Below, piece after piece: positions 1 to 8,086 of a stretch of DNA of 64,000 nt. The stretch's first letter is position 1, and every line of letters starts with the position of its first letter. The translations under genes were made by a program, and so were the position numbers. The stretch covers positions 32,470-96,469 of the forward strand of contig CAYYLC010000002.1 of the NCBI GenBank assembly GCA_964472415.1, read 5' to 3'. This DNA comes from an uncultured Gammaproteobacteria bacterium (GTDB lineage: Bacteria > Patescibacteriota > Microgenomatia > Levybacterales > GWA1-39-11). The notes beneath the pieces are model-generated. The model was not told the DNA's origin. It made no database searches and saw only the letters and a list, made by a program, of their open reading frames with translations.

Positions 1-360
1 ATCATCCCATTTACCACGGTACCTAATCTTTTCCGATATTCAGTGATTATTGCATCTTTTTCTCGCTCTCGGATATTTTGCAGGAGAACTTGTTTTGCAG
101 TCTGAGTCGCGATTCTTCCAAATCCAGGCGGTGTAATATCTTTCCCGTCTTTTACAATTTTTGTCTCGCCCGTATTCTCATTTAATGAAACGCTAACCCC
201 TTCAAGCTCCTCTTCATTCTCATCTGATATGTGGTCTTTTTTGTATGCAGCAAGAATTGCAGATTTAATGCTCTCCATAATAGTCTCTGCGGATACTCCT
301 CGCTCAGATGCAATTTGATTTAATGCGAGTGCAAACTCGCTTCGTTGTATTACAGCCATA
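1..360 (-). CDS. nusA: Transcription termination/antitermination factor NusA, N-terminal part (gene continues beyond window start)
   Basis: Reverse-strand translation from ATG at 358-360 gives MAVIQRSEFALALNQIASERGVSAETIMESIKSAILAAYKK...RIATQTAKQVLLQNIREREKDAIITEY, which aligns with the E. coli NusA N-terminal domain ([20 protein letters not shown]). Not in the ORF track because it is partial. Confidence 0.8.
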
Positions 361-544
361 TGTTTATAAAAAAAGGTGGGCAAATTATGTCCCACCAGTC
401 ACTTTTTTTCTTTTGGTACGTTCTCAATTGCCTGAAATCGTACTCATATTTTACTAAAATTAGGCTATCAAGTCAAGAATGCTGATCTTCTAGTTATTAA
501 AAACTTTGCATTATTGCGTTATAAAAGTAACTATTTTGTATCAC

Positions 545-575
545 TTGACAAGAGTATTCACTTATAGAATATAAT
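545..575 (+). promoter_or_regulatory. Putative sigma70-like promoter (TTGACA ... TATAAT) upstream of the 729 CDS
   Basis: TTGACA at about 545-550 and TATAAT at about 570-575 with a slightly long spacer. An AAAGGAGGTG Shine-Dalgarno sits 8 nt before the ATG at 729. Confidence 0.3.
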
Positions 576-728
576 AGCGTAATCTCTCGTTGTTATCTTC
601 TTGCCTAGTTTGTATTATTGTAGCCTGCCTATGAATACATTACGCAATATATCTATATAAACAGTCTCTGGGCTGTTTTTTTTGTGGCATGATTTTATAG
701 GAAGGATACGAAAGGAGGTGAAAATTAC

Positions 729-1334
729 ATGAATATAAAGCAAAAAGTTACGAGTGCAGTAATTCTCGGAAGCTTTGCACTTACTGTATTTGCACCAGTA
801 GGGGCATTTGCTGCACAAAGTAACGGAACTATAAAAAACAATGGACCATTCTCTTGGAATTCGATTTTCTCTGTAACCAAGAAGAAAACAAGCGTTTCTC
901 AGAACAACACTACAAAAGCAACCACGAACACCACTATTATCTCAAATACTGGCAAAAATAAGTCCGGGTTCAATGTGGGATGGGGAGGAAATAATACAAT
1001 TACCTCTGGAGATTCTACAACGAATGTTGGTGTTGTCGTGGTCGGAGGATCAAACGCTACAATTGACGAATGCGATTGCGAAGAAAGCTCATCGACAAGC
1101 ACCATTTCAAATAATGGCCCGCTGAGCAAAAATACAATAGTATCAGTCAATAAAAGTAAAAAGTCTGTTTCTCAAAACAACACTACTATTTCAAATACAA
1201 ATACAACAGTTGTTTCAAATACCGGTAAAAACTCAACTGGATTTAATGGAGGGAATTCTTCTTCTATCACAAGCGGGAATTCTGATACATCAGTATTTGT
1301 ACTCGTTGGAGGTTCAGCAAATATTAATAACTAA
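729..1334 (+). CDS. Secreted Asn/Thr-rich repeat protein (signal peptide; two ~75-aa internal repeats); paralog of the three downstream minus-strand repeat proteins
   Basis: N-terminal signal peptide (VILGSFALTVFAPVGAFAAQS) and strong SD (AAAGGAGGTG). Internal duplication: NNGPFSWNSIFSVTKKKTSVSQNNTT...TSGDSTTNVGVVVVGGSNATI versus NNGPLSKNTIVSVNKSKKSVSQNNTT...TSGNSDTSVFVLVGGSANIN. The CDC motif lies between the repeats. Confidence 0.75.
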   Translation: MNIKQKVTSAVILGSFALTVFAPVGAFAAQSNGTIKNNGPFSWNSIFSVTKKKTSVSQNNTTKATTNTTIISNTGKNKSGFNVGWGGNNTITSGDSTTNVGVVVVGGSNATIDECDCEESSSTSTISNNGPLSKNTIVSVNKSKKSVSQNNTTISNTNTTVVSNTGKNSTGFNGGNSSSITSGNSDTSVFVLVGGSANINN

Positions 1335-1358
1335 TTAAGGCCGCTTTTTTAGTTTTTC

Positions 1359-1398
1359 AAACCCTTTCTTAAGTACACAGGAAGGGTTTGTTTTTTTA
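1359..1398 (+). terminator. Rho-independent terminator after the 729-1334 gene
   Basis: Hairpin aaacccttt...aagggttt followed by a T-run (tgttttttt). It lies between the convergent 729 gene and the sortase gene. Confidence 0.5.
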
Positions 1399-1953
1399 AA
1401 TTGGTTTCGCAAATACCAATAGTCGTCTCAACGCAGTCCCCACTGGTGCACACGTTTGTAAAATTAAAATATCTCCCTGCGGTTCTGTAAGATATTGCAC
1501 CTGATCCGGCCATACTTCTTTCTTATCATACACCTTATATTCATACTCACTCCCATCATTTCGGATAATGATTTTTTCACCTATTTTGACCTCACCAAGT
1601 CGGAAGAATGCCGTATTGTACCGGGTTATCCGCCACGGCACGTCTGAGCTATGTGCAAACAAATACACTGTACCACTCTCTCCTGGCAATGAAGAATTTT
1701 TTGCATGTGCGACTCCTTCCTTCAATTTTTCTCTATACTCATCTTGATTAAATGGGTCTACGTCTTTAATAACTTTTGAAAATACTCCGAGAGAGGGGAT
1801 TTCTACAGAAAACTCGACTGCATTTTTTTCTTGTTGAGAATATACGGGAGGAAAAAAGAATTCTTTTGCGAGCGGATAATAAATAAAAACTAATCCTAAA
1901 AAAGAAAACGCCATTAAGGCGTTTCCGATATTCTTCTTGAGCCTGGTATTCAT
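1396..1953 (-). CDS. Sortase-family transpeptidase (small, N-terminal membrane anchor)
   Basis: N-terminal TM (ALMAFSFLGLVFIYYPL). Catalytic His in YLFAHSS, TLxTC-type motif ILILQTCAP with catalytic Cys, and a downstream Arg (ALRRLL). It is the last gene of a minus-strand operon of LPXTG/repeat proteins. Confidence 0.75.
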   Translation of the reverse strand: MNTRLKKNIGNALMAFSFLGLVFIYYPLAKEFFFPPVYSQQEKNAVEFSVEIPSLGVFSKVIKDVDPFNQDEYREKLKEGVAHAKNSSLPGESGTVYLFAHSSDVPWRITRYNTAFFRLGEVKIGEKIIIRNDGSEYEYKVYDKKEVWPDQVQYLTEPQGDILILQTCAPVGTALRRLLVFAKPI

Positions 1954-1983
1954 AAGTATTGTATCTTACCGTACGAGGCTACT

Positions 1984-3108
1984 CTAGGCAAGCGCTGGTG
2001 GCGCATTTCCCGAATGAAAACGCAGATACAGACCAAGCATGAAAAGCATTAAAAACATAATGGTAAAAAGATATGTCAACGGGAGCCCACCAGTCACTGG
2101 GAGCACTGCACCATTTGCAGGGCCCTGATCACCATTACCTCCACCGCCATGGCCACCATTCCCAGACTGAACTGTAGATTTTGGTGTATCAGTTGGCTTT
2201 TCAGGCGCTTCTGGTTCTTCTGGAGTCTCAGGTGTTTTTGGCTCACAACTTACACACGTTGTTATTGCGGTACTGCTGTTGATATTTTCATTTTTAACCG
2301 TAATATCACTCTCTATATCTCCTGTTACAATTGCAACATCTCCCAGATTTCCCTGTGCTTTATTTCCGCCAGTATTGAGCTTATGCTTTATATTATTGGT
2401 GATGTTTGCGAGATTTACGACATTGGTAATTGTAGTGTTTTTTTCGTTTACCGTAACGATGTTTACAGAATTGCTTCCGTTTCCAGATATAACTACTGAA
2501 GATGTGTGGGTGCCTGTCTGAGATAGAGCAAAGCTATTATTAATATTTTTGTTCACCACATCAGTAGTTGCGATAATATTTCCAGTTTTTATCCAAACAT
2601 CACCGCTATTGTAATGTGCGTTGTTGTTACCTGTATTCGAATCTGTCTTTACATTATTTGTAATATTTGCAGTATTATTCTGACTAGTAGTTGAGCTTGA
2701 ATTATTTGAAGAATTTACGACATTATGAGAATGAGAACTATTTCCAGAGACTACTATATTTGCCCCTCCATTACAGCAACTGTTGTTATTTGCCACATTT
2801 GAATTAATATTTGTGTTCGTTACCGTTGTATCAGTAGAAACATTTCCCGTTTCTATATTTACTTCACCACCATTGCTATCAGCGCTGTTATTGCCTGTAT
2901 TCGAATCTGACTCTACATTATTTGTAATATTTGATTCATTATTCTGAGATATAACACTTTTGTTCTCAATCTTTATATTCGTTTCATTATTAGAAGAAGA
3001 TCCATTTCCTTCAACTACAATATTAATTTGCTCAGCCATAACCTGCAAGCTAAGCACTTGGTGAATAATGGGCAGGCAGATAAGTAATAATGCTGCCTTT
3101 TTTATCAT
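1984..3108 (-). CDS. LPXTG-anchored Asn/Thr/Ser-rich repeat surface protein (sortase substrate)
   Basis: Start chosen at MIKKAALLLICLPIIHQVLSLQVMA (signal peptide); its ATG overlaps the TGA stop of the upstream gene (ATGA). The C-terminus is a canonical cell-wall sorting signal: a Pro/Glu/Lys/Thr linker (PKTPETPEEPEAPEKPTDTPK), then LPVTG, then a hydrophobic stretch (LPLTYLFTIMFLMLFMLGLYL), then RFHSG. The body carries tandem ~48-aa repeats (QNNTANITNNVKTDSNTGNNNAHYNSGDV.I.TG) and a CC motif. Confidence 0.8.
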   Translation of the reverse strand: MIKKAALLLICLPIIHQVLSLQVMAEQINIVVEGNGSSSNNETNIKIENKSVISQNNESNITNNVESDSNTGNNSADSNGGEVNIETGNVSTDTTVTNTNINSNVANNNSCCNGGANIVVSGNSSHSHNVVNSSNNSSSTTSQNNTANITNNVKTDSNTGNNNAHYNSGDVWIKTGNIIATTDVVNKNINNSFALSQTGTHTSSVVISGNGSNSVNIVTVNEKNTTITNVVNLANITNNIKHKLNTGGNKAQGNLGDVAIVTGDIESDITVKNENINSSTAITTCVSCEPKTPETPEEPEAPEKPTDTPKSTVQSGNGGHGGGGNGDQGPANGAVLPVTGGLPLTYLFTIMFLMLFMLGLYLRFHSGNAPPALA

Positions 3109-5411
3109 AAGAATAGATTTACTCCTCGCAGAGCAAGTGATTTCATTGGTACAAATATCTTTTTCAAAAAAATGAGTACTCCAAGTACTGGCAATGCGAG
3201 AATTAACCATGCAAGATTGATAGTAATCGATTCATCAGCTACTGTCGCAGAATCGTCTTGCCCAACAATTGATGCAACAGTAGCCTCTGACAAATCTTTT
3301 CCAGAGGTTTTTTCACCCCGGACTGTACCTGCGACAATCTTTTGTTCGTTTTCATCATCAATTCCTGCAACATACGTAACATTTTCATTGCCACTATTTT
3401 CTACAACTACCTCAGTTTTTGAAGATTTTGCGTTAGAAGATACATTTTGAGTAGTATTCTGTTCATTATTAAATTTCTCACTATTTCCACCAATATTTTG
3501 TGCGGTATTTTCCTTTTTATGCCCTGGAGTCACAAAATCTCCTATCCAGCTTCCGAACACATTCACGACAGTAACAAGCATCCTTCCCCCACCACTCACA
3601 TTGTTATTTACAAAGTTCACGATATTCGCAACAATCTGAGCGTCCCCTGTCTGGATATTTGAATCTCCGTCAGTATTATAGTTTGCATCATTTTCACCAG
3701 TATTTGCACTTAGGTTTATATTATTCTCAATGTTTGCAGTGTTAGTTTGACTTGTTGTGTTTGTATTGGTGTTATCTATATCACTATTATTGTAAGATCC
3801 TACACCATTCTCATTGTTCTTTGCAGTAACGCTCCCTGTTGTAGGGTCAACATAAAACTCTGTCCCAGCGGAACCTGCCATATTCGATCCATTCTCTGCT
3901 CCAAATAACTTTCCTACCCAATTCCCAGCTTCATTAACAATTACGAGCCACCAGTCCCCGCCATTGATATTTGAATTTGCGATATTTAAAACATTTGCGT
4001 CAATCGATGCGTCCCCTGTCGTAACATTTGAAACTCCGCCAGTATTATAATTTGTACTATTACCTCCCGTTACCGCATCAAAAACAAGGTTATTATTAAT
4101 AGTTGCATCATTGTATTGGAATGTTTCATCAGTATTTATGTTAGTTACTTCCGAATTGTTGTAAGAACCTGCGCCGTTATTGGTATTTGCCGCACTGTTT
4201 TGTGCATAACATGACCCTCCGCAGATTGATTGCATCATTTCCTCAGTAAGAATTATGTCTCCCACGAGGTCTCCGAATATATTTACCACTCCATAGATGA
4301 TGTCTCCAGCCAGATTATTGTTTGCAAACGTCATAACATTTGCGGAAACATTTGCGTCACCTGTGATAATTGTAGAATCTCCCCCTGTATTGAAATTCGC
4401 TGAGTTATTACCTGAGTTTGCAGAAAGATTTAAATTATTCCCGACATATGCGTCGTTATTTTGATTCGTCTTATTTGTGTTCGTGTTATCTACATCACTA
4501 TTATTATAAGATCCAGCACCATTATTGGTATTCTGCGCGACAGCTTCTTCCGGCATGCATCCTTGGATACAATTTGCCCCAAAGTCTAGAATTATGTCAC
4601 CAGTATGGTCATCGAGAATATTAAATTCAGCAATTGCTACCCCGTCTACGTTCGTATTTACAGATGTTACAACAGTTCCCGTTACATTCGCATCTCCTGT
4701 GGTGATCGTAGAATCTCCTACATTGTAAGATGCAGAATTATCTCCTGTTACGGATGATTGCTCTATGTTGTTTCCTACATTCGCACTATTATTTTGAGTC
4801 GTATTATTCGAATTATTAGTCGTTGCTGATCCGTTATTTGAAGAATGAGCGCCATTTCCGCTATTTACTACTCCAGCACTGCCATTCTGAGAGCCATTAT
4901 TTGTAGCAGTATTCATATTTCCACTTGTAATAACATTTGAAGCATTATGTGCGTCATCGGTTTCTACTGTAGTGCTTCCTACATTTCTATTTGCATTCGT
5001 TCCAGTATTGCCATTTGGAGTTTGTACGCTATTTGAGTTATTAGTATTTCCTGGATTGGAGTTATAATTTGGCTTTGGTTTCCAAGCATTCTCTGAAGGC
5101 TTCTTTGGTACCTCAGGTGCTTTTGGCATATCTGGGCTCTTTGGAGCATCCGGAGTCTTAGGTCCTTCTGGTGTTTTTGGAGCATCCGGAGTCTTAGGTC
5201 CCTCTGGTGCCTTCGAGGATTCTGGACCTTTAGGGCTCTTCGGTGACTCAGGTGCTTTTGGTTCTTCAGGGGTCTTTGGCTCCTCAATTGTAGCTTCTGT
5301 GGTTGTTTCCGCAACTATGTCTTCCGCGATTACGACTGATGGTGCGACTGCACGCCCAAGGAGCACGAGGATCAGTGCTATTGTTAGTATCTTTTGTGTT
5401 ATTGTTTTCAT
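3105..5411 (-). CDS. Large secreted Asn/Thr/Gly-rich repeat surface protein with a PE/PK proline-rich linker and a C-terminal hydrophobic anchor
   Basis: Signal peptide MKTITQKILTIALILVLLGRAVAPSVVIA. It carries PEEPKAPESPKSPKGPE...PKTPDAPK repeats. Three ~110-aa repeats contain the shared core (A.YNTGGDS.I.TGDA.V.ANV). CxxxC motifs (CIQGCMPEE, CGGSCYAQN) lie between repeats. The C-terminal TM segment LAWLILALPVLGVLIFL is followed by KK, but there is no canonical LPxTG. Confidence 0.7.
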   Translation of the reverse strand: MKTITQKILTIALILVLLGRAVAPSVVIAEDIVAETTTEATIEEPKTPEEPKAPESPKSPKGPESSKAPEGPKTPDAPKTPEGPKTPDAPKSPDMPKAPEVPKKPSENAWKPKPNYNSNPGNTNNSNSVQTPNGNTGTNANRNVGSTTVETDDAHNASNVITSGNMNTATNNGSQNGSAGVVNSGNGAHSSNNGSATTNNSNNTTQNNSANVGNNIEQSSVTGDNSASYNVGDSTITTGDANVTGTVVTSVNTNVDGVAIAEFNILDDHTGDIILDFGANCIQGCMPEEAVAQNTNNGAGSYNNSDVDNTNTNKTNQNNDAYVGNNLNLSANSGNNSANFNTGGDSTIITGDANVSANVMTFANNNLAGDIIYGVVNIFGDLVGDIILTEEMMQSICGGSCYAQNSAANTNNGAGSYNNSEVTNINTDETFQYNDATINNNLVFDAVTGGNSTNYNTGGVSNVTTGDASIDANVLNIANSNINGGDWWLVIVNEAGNWVGKLFGAENGSNMAGSAGTEFYVDPTTGSVTAKNNENGVGSYNNSDIDNTNTNTTSQTNTANIENNINLSANTGENDANYNTDGDSNIQTGDAQIVANIVNFVNNNVSGGGRMLVTVVNVFGSWIGDFVTPGHKKENTAQNIGGNSEKFNNEQNTTQNVSSNAKSSKTEVVVENSGNENVTYVAGIDDENEQKIVAGTVRGEKTSGKDLSEATVASIVGQDDSATVADESITINLAWLILALPVLGVLIFLKKIFVPMKSLALRGVNLFL

Positions 5412-5507
5412 TTTTTTAGTTTTATTTTTTAATCTATTTTTAATTTTTGTTTTGGGTTTTGTAGAGGTGCTGCCGAAGTGCTAGCAACCACCTCTACTCC
5501 CGCCCAA

Positions 5508-6788
5508 TTAGTTGGACATTCCAAATGTTGCGAAAAATGCTGCCCAGCTGAATGAGAATTCAAGGTTTGGCATTTCTGGCATATCAAAAGAAAAGTCTCC
5601 TAAGATGTTTTCGTTTCCACTGTTTGAAACAGTCGTATCAGAAACAACGTTTCCGGTAGTAATGCTTGGATCAGAATATTCTCCCTCTCCAACATTGTAA
5701 CCAGCTTCGTTATTTCCAGCGTCTGCATCAGCTTCTACGTTGTTGGTCAAATTAGCAGTGTTTCCCTGTCCAACAGTTTGTGTGTTGTCAAGAGTTAAGC
5801 CGATGTAATTTTCGTCTTTATCCCACCAATTTTTCCACCATTTGTGATCTTTGTCACCTGCATTAGCTCCGTTTCCGGAAATTTCAGCAGTGACATCGTA
5901 TTCACATCCGCAATCAACATCTGCTGCATTGAAGTTAACAGCATTGTCAACTCCAACAGTTACTGTTGAATCACCACCCATACCAGCATTGATGTAAACA
6001 TCACCGCCAGTGTTGTAGTTTGCTTTATTGTCACCAGTCTCAGCATCTGCACCTACATTATTAGTAATGTTTGCTGCATTATTCTGAGAAAGTCTTGTGT
6101 CGTTTGTAAGCGCAGCTGCGATTTCATTATCAGATCCTGATCCGTTTCCGATAATCACAAAGCTTGCTGATGGTGTAGGGGTTGCGCTGTTTCCGCTTCC
6201 AATTCGAGCAATATTAGTGTTTGCTTGAGTAGTTACGTCAACATTTGCGAATGCTTTACCAGTATTTATATGAACTTCGCCGCCGGTGTTTTCACCTGCT
6301 TTGTTGTTCCCAGTCTGAGCATCAACTCCTACATTATTTGTTACATTAGCAGTATTTTTCTGATTAACAGTAGTTTTGTTCTCATTTACGAGTCCAACTT
6401 TGTTGTCAGAATCTGAACCGTTCTTTTTAACGGTAACGTCAGCGCCTCCTGCTGCACAACAATCAACCTCAGCAATATTCTTATTGAGGTCGTTTGAAAC
6501 ATTAGCAGTTACATCTGCTTTACCGGTATTAACGTAAACGTCTCCACCAGTATTGTAGTTAGCTTTATTGTCGCCTGTATCTGCTTTTGTTGTTACGTTG
6601 TTGGTGACATTTGCTGTGTTATTCTGGTTAACGGTAGTTTTATTGTTAGATTCAACAATTACTTTATTATCAGATCCTGATCCGTTTCCAGAGATTTCTA
6701 TAGTACCTGCGAGTGCTGGAGTAGCAACATTAAGAAGCATAGCTCCTGCTGCGAGTACTGAAAAGGTTTGTTTTGTAAAATTTGTCAT
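5508..6788 (-). CDS. Secreted Asn/Thr-rich repeat surface protein (four copies of the ~48-aa module)
   Basis: Start chosen at MTNFTKQTFSVLAAGAMLLNVATPALA (signal peptide), preceded by AAGGAGGTG 9 nt upstream; the track ORF extends to 6860. Repeats follow QNNTANVTNNV...TGDNKANYNTGGDVYVNTG. Interspersed motifs: VDCCAAGG and VDCGCEYD. Confidence 0.75.
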   Translation of the reverse strand: MTNFTKQTFSVLAAGAMLLNVATPALAGTIEISGNGSGSDNKVIVESNNKTTVNQNNTANVTNNVTTKADTGDNKANYNTGGDVYVNTGKADVTANVSNDLNKNIAEVDCCAAGGADVTVKKNGSDSDNKVGLVNENKTTVNQKNTANVTNNVGVDAQTGNNKAGENTGGEVHINTGKAFANVDVTTQANTNIARIGSGNSATPTPSASFVIIGNGSGSDNEIAAALTNDTRLSQNNAANITNNVGADAETGDNKANYNTGGDVYINAGMGGDSTVTVGVDNAVNFNAADVDCGCEYDVTAEISGNGANAGDKDHKWWKNWWDKDENYIGLTLDNTQTVGQGNTANLTNNVEADADAGNNEAGYNVGEGEYSDPSITTGNVVSDTTVSNSGNENILGDFSFDMPEMPNLEFSFSWAAFFATFGMSN

Positions 6789-6879
6789 TATTTGTTTCAC
6801 CTCCTTCTCATAATGATTGTTCGATTTCTCGAACGCACTTCGTAAACTTGCTCCGCACATTTCGCCTTCGGTAGCCCCT

Positions 6880-6937
6880 TAAAAACGAAAAACGGAGACT
6901 TCCGCACACAAGAAATATTGTGTGTAGAAGCCTCCGT
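6880..6937 (-). terminator. Long imperfect hairpin plus U-tract; probable terminator of the 6992-7222 gene
   Basis: acggagacttccgcacacaagaaatattgtgtgtagaagcctccgt (about 6892-6937) forms a stem of about 20 bp with G-U pairs. On the minus strand it is followed by TTTTCGTTTTT. Confidence 0.45.
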
Positions 6938-6991
6938 TTGCGGTCAGCTTTCGTTACTAGATACTACTTATACCCTATGAGCCATGTGGTG

Positions 6992-7222
6992 TCAAGAGTG
7001 TAAGTTTATCCGAATTTTTCCACTTGTCCGAATACCTTTTTCATAAGAAGAATTTTTTGGAGAATGGTCTTCATCGCCAATTCCAACGCTAGTTTTTTTT
7101 ATATTTCTGACGGTAATTTGAGTGACGGTGTTATCCTGAACAAAGATCTCAACACTGCCATATCGCACGCTCTTTAAGGCATTTTTTATTTCTGAAAGTA
7201 AATCGACCTTTAAGTTACTCAT
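6992..7222 (-). CDS. Small YezD/DUF2292-like protein
   Basis: LLSEIKNALKSVRYGSVEIFVQDNTVTQITVRNIKK fits the YGSV...QDG.V.QI pattern of the YezD family; this is a match from memory. Confidence 0.4.
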   Translation of the reverse strand: MSNLKVDLLSEIKNALKSVRYGSVEIFVQDNTVTQITVRNIKKTSVGIGDEDHSPKNSSYEKGIRTSGKIRINLHS

Positions 7223-7245
7223 AAAATGATAAACGAATCTTGAAT

Positions 7246-8067
7246 TTAATTAAAATTAATTTCTATCGTTTTCTTTTCCCCGCTAATCTCTCCAACTTGG
7301 AGAACGATAGGGGACTTCGTGTCTGATTCATTGATCGCAAGACCGAGTCTCGTATATTTAGTAGAAATCGCCTGCACTTCAACTGGATCGTTGTGAATAT
7401 CTGGCGCAAGCTTTTCATCTATATTTCCATTCACTACAATTCGGATATAATCTCGAGTATTGAGCTGAATTGCCTGATCAAGGTTATTCACAATCTTAAG
7501 ATTTAAAATAAGAAATATTCGTCCTTCAATAGAAGTTGCTCGCTTTCCTTGCACAATAATCTGCTTTCTCAGCTCTGCATTCTCTATAGTGTAATCAAAT
7601 GAACCCACCTCTTCCCCTGCTTCATCTGTCAAAGGGAAATTTGATGTGTCGTCCAGCTTTTCTACTGCAATTGCGTCAGGAAGTGCTGCACCGACTTCTG
7701 TTGTGTTATTAACAGCAGATGTAGAGTTCATGCTTCTCACTAAGCTCATTGCCCCAAGGATAAAAATTACAACTACTAAGACTGGAAGTGCCAGCTTTAT
7801 AAAAAACTTTTTATTAAATTTTGGGAATTTAAAATTTTTAAAAGGGTTTTTCAGAGATCCTAGTTTATTTTTTACCTGAATATTTTCTCGGATTGTACGA
7901 TTATAAAAATTTACTGAAGAAAAAAGTACTACTTGTTTAATTTTCTCAATTCCCAATAAGGGATTCGGGATGTTGATAGAAATTGTTGAATTATCCTTAT
8001 CCATATTTTTTGCTATAAAAAAAGCCCCTTTGCTGGGGCAGTTCAGTTCGAGGATAGTATCAAACAA
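7246..8067 (-). CDS. Membrane-anchored hypothetical protein with a DUF4352-like C-terminal beta domain
   Basis: Single TM (FIKLALPVLVVVIFILGAMSL). The C-terminal region resembles the DUF4352 fold; this is weak similarity judged by eye. Confidence 0.3.
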   Translation of the reverse strand: MFDTILELNCPSKGAFFIAKNMDKDNSTISINIPNPLLGIEKIKQVVLFSSVNFYNRTIRENIQVKNKLGSLKNPFKNFKFPKFNKKFFIKLALPVLVVVIFILGAMSLVRSMNSTSAVNNTTEVGAALPDAIAVEKLDDTSNFPLTDEAGEEVGSFDYTIENAELRKQIIVQGKRATSIEGRIFLILNLKIVNNLDQAIQLNTRDYIRIVVNGNIDEKLAPDIHNDPVEVQAISTKYTRLGLAINESDTKSPIVLQVGEISGEKKTIEINFN

Positions 8068-8086
8068 TACTCAACGAGTCAATATG

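Noticed and set aside
3105-3330. LPxTG-type sorting signal at the C-terminus of the 768-aa repeat protein
   Set aside because: There is only LPVLG embedded within the hydrophobic segment and no pentapeptide preceding it. The pattern of hydrophobic stretch plus KK is suggestive but not canonical.
899-5484. Many short ORFs (60-140 aa) antisense to or nested inside the large repeat-protein genes, for example 899-1150, 2149-2499, 2279-2521, 3172-3450, 4418-4728, 4979-5314 and 5299-5484
   Set aside because: They are shadow ORFs produced by the low-complexity, codon-biased sequence of the long genes. They have no SD and no coherent domain features.
6789-6860. Longer N-terminal extension of the 427-aa repeat protein (track ORF starts at 6860 with MCGASLRSAF...)
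   Set aside because: A strong AAGGAGGTG SD precedes the internal ATG at 6788, and the signal peptide begins there. The upstream in-frame codons overlap the terminator hairpin region.
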